Origin: Octopus sinensis | Lineage: Eukaryota | Reading direction: 5' to 3' | DNA length: 64,000 nt | NCBI RefSeq assembly: GCF_006345805.1 | Contig: NC_042998.1 | Span: 155,310,001 to 155,374,000, forward strand | In this document: in pieces, positions 62,518 through 64,000 of the stretch | How positions within the stretch are numbered: position 1 is the first letter of the stretch | Layout of the letters: the number at the start of each line of letters is the position of its first letter | Translations under genes and position numbers: made by a program | Notes under the pieces: generated by a model | Told to the model about the DNA's origin: nothing | Seen by the model: the letters and a program-made list of their open reading frames with translations, nothing else | The model's database searches: none

Positions 62518-64000
62518 CACTTCCTTCTCTAAGCCTAGATTCAAAACCAAATCCAAGAATTCTCGATCGTCCAAACCACGACAATCAACAGGCGCGAAAA
62601 AAGGTTTTCTTTATCCTGTCAAAAATTGATTGATCATCTCCCTTTTACCTGCGACCTCAGCATGTCAGGCGAAATTCAACTGGACAGGGGCTAGCCTATT
62701 TAGGTACAAACTCTGTTGCAGTATGTCTGTCTTTCTAGCTGCCACTTTTTATTATAAATACATTGGTGAAACAGAAAGGCAGGCAGACAGACGAGATAGA
62801 TCTATCTACGACCCAAGGTTTTGGCAGACCACGGAAGACAGAGAGAAATGTTCGAAGTGCCGATAGACTACTGTTTCGAATGACACACGCACACACACAA
62901 ACATATTCATTCCTAATATGACTTTCCATGAATGTATTCCGTATTTCTAGCAACTCGTAGCAGTTGCCTACATTTACTCATAACTTATCAAGCCCTGTAA
63001 ATAAATTCCTTTCGATCATGAATTGGTTTACGTATTTGTTTACATACACACTTAACCACTACACATCGAAGAGTACTTAATTTCAGTTCCCGTTATTCCT
63101 CAAACAGACTCAACAACTTCAGCTTCACCCATCACAAACACCTGAGGTTTTGCACAACCCTGGCACACCAAATCAGGAAGAACAGTTCAATAGCTGGCAA
63201 GATTTATTCAAGTCTTTTGAGTAAGTACAAACTCTTCACCTACCTGTCTTCTCAATTGAAAAGTCCACAATGCCCATATCAACAAATAAAAACAATTTTT
63301 TTTCTTATGGTTATGAACAATTTACACAAGTGACTCTGCAGCACCCACATACAAACCAAAAGAAAACAAAGACCATTTTGTATAAAAAAAACAACATTTT
63401 TCTATATCAATGAAAACATTTTTTATGAACATTGTTCTGCTAATTGGACTGACTGATCATTTCACCAAACAAACTTTTTCCATGAACATTTTCATTTTTC
63501 TGTAAAATTACATTTTCTTGTACGTACATATGTTTTGCTTTGCTTTAAAAATGCTCTCTACATCACACCTGTATGCTTAAACACACTTGCACCACTCATA
63601 TTTTAACGTGTGCTATCACTTGCTCTCTGCACCACTGAAAGACAACTTACCTCTATTAGACCTCTAGTGGATCACATAATCTATAGAGTTGCATATCTCT
63701 TTCAATGTGTCAGCATACTACATTTATGCTTCTGCCAAGGCATATACACATCGCCTAACATATATTGCACACACCAACTCTGAACATTGATTCTTTGTTT
63801 TATATTTTTATTTTTCATTTCTTTCACTTCCCATGTTTTTGACATGTATTCATTTGTCTGTAAATTACACTATATCCATTTTTCTGCATTACACACAAAA
63901 TCACACATTTTCAATATCACACACATCTGTATTGTTCAATCTCTGTGGCTTTCTCCCCAGAAGTGGGTAGTGTAAAAACTAACACTTTCTTTTTCCGAAC

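Noticed and set aside
63087-63221. Possible exon (TTTCAG acceptor, GA|GTAAGT donor, two open frames)
   Set aside because: No recognisable protein and no partner exons; could be chance or LTR-element debris
62520-63300. Gypsy 3' LTR
   Set aside because: No clear polypurine tract or TG...CA boundaries, and no second LTR in the window

Overview
AT-rich eukaryotic DNA made almost entirely of transposable elements. The SINE/RTE families and (TA)n/(CAT)n microsatellites look like an octopus (cephalopod) genome, which is my inference from recognising the repeats. I found no convincing host gene. Contents: six copies of an RTE LINE family whose reverse transcriptase (RT) carries an inserted C4HC3 PHD-type finger; a separate near-full-length BovB-like RTE; several Penelope-like element (PLE) RT/GIY-YIG fragments; two non-autonomous piggyBac copies (TTAA TSD); a Chapaev3-type DNA transposon (TTA TSD) containing a CR1-type fragment; Helitron-like elements; tRNA-derived SINEs; and Tigger and Ty3/Gypsy remnants. 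The main unexpected signal is a set of 11 type I hammerhead-ribozyme motifs (CUGANGA...GAAA with hand-checked stems; three intact or nearly so, the rest decayed). Several lie in outward-facing inverted repeats, including a ~750-bp near-spacerless palindrome with one hammerhead per arm, and one lies in a 508-bp tandem unit. All structures were paired by eye; no folding or database search was run.
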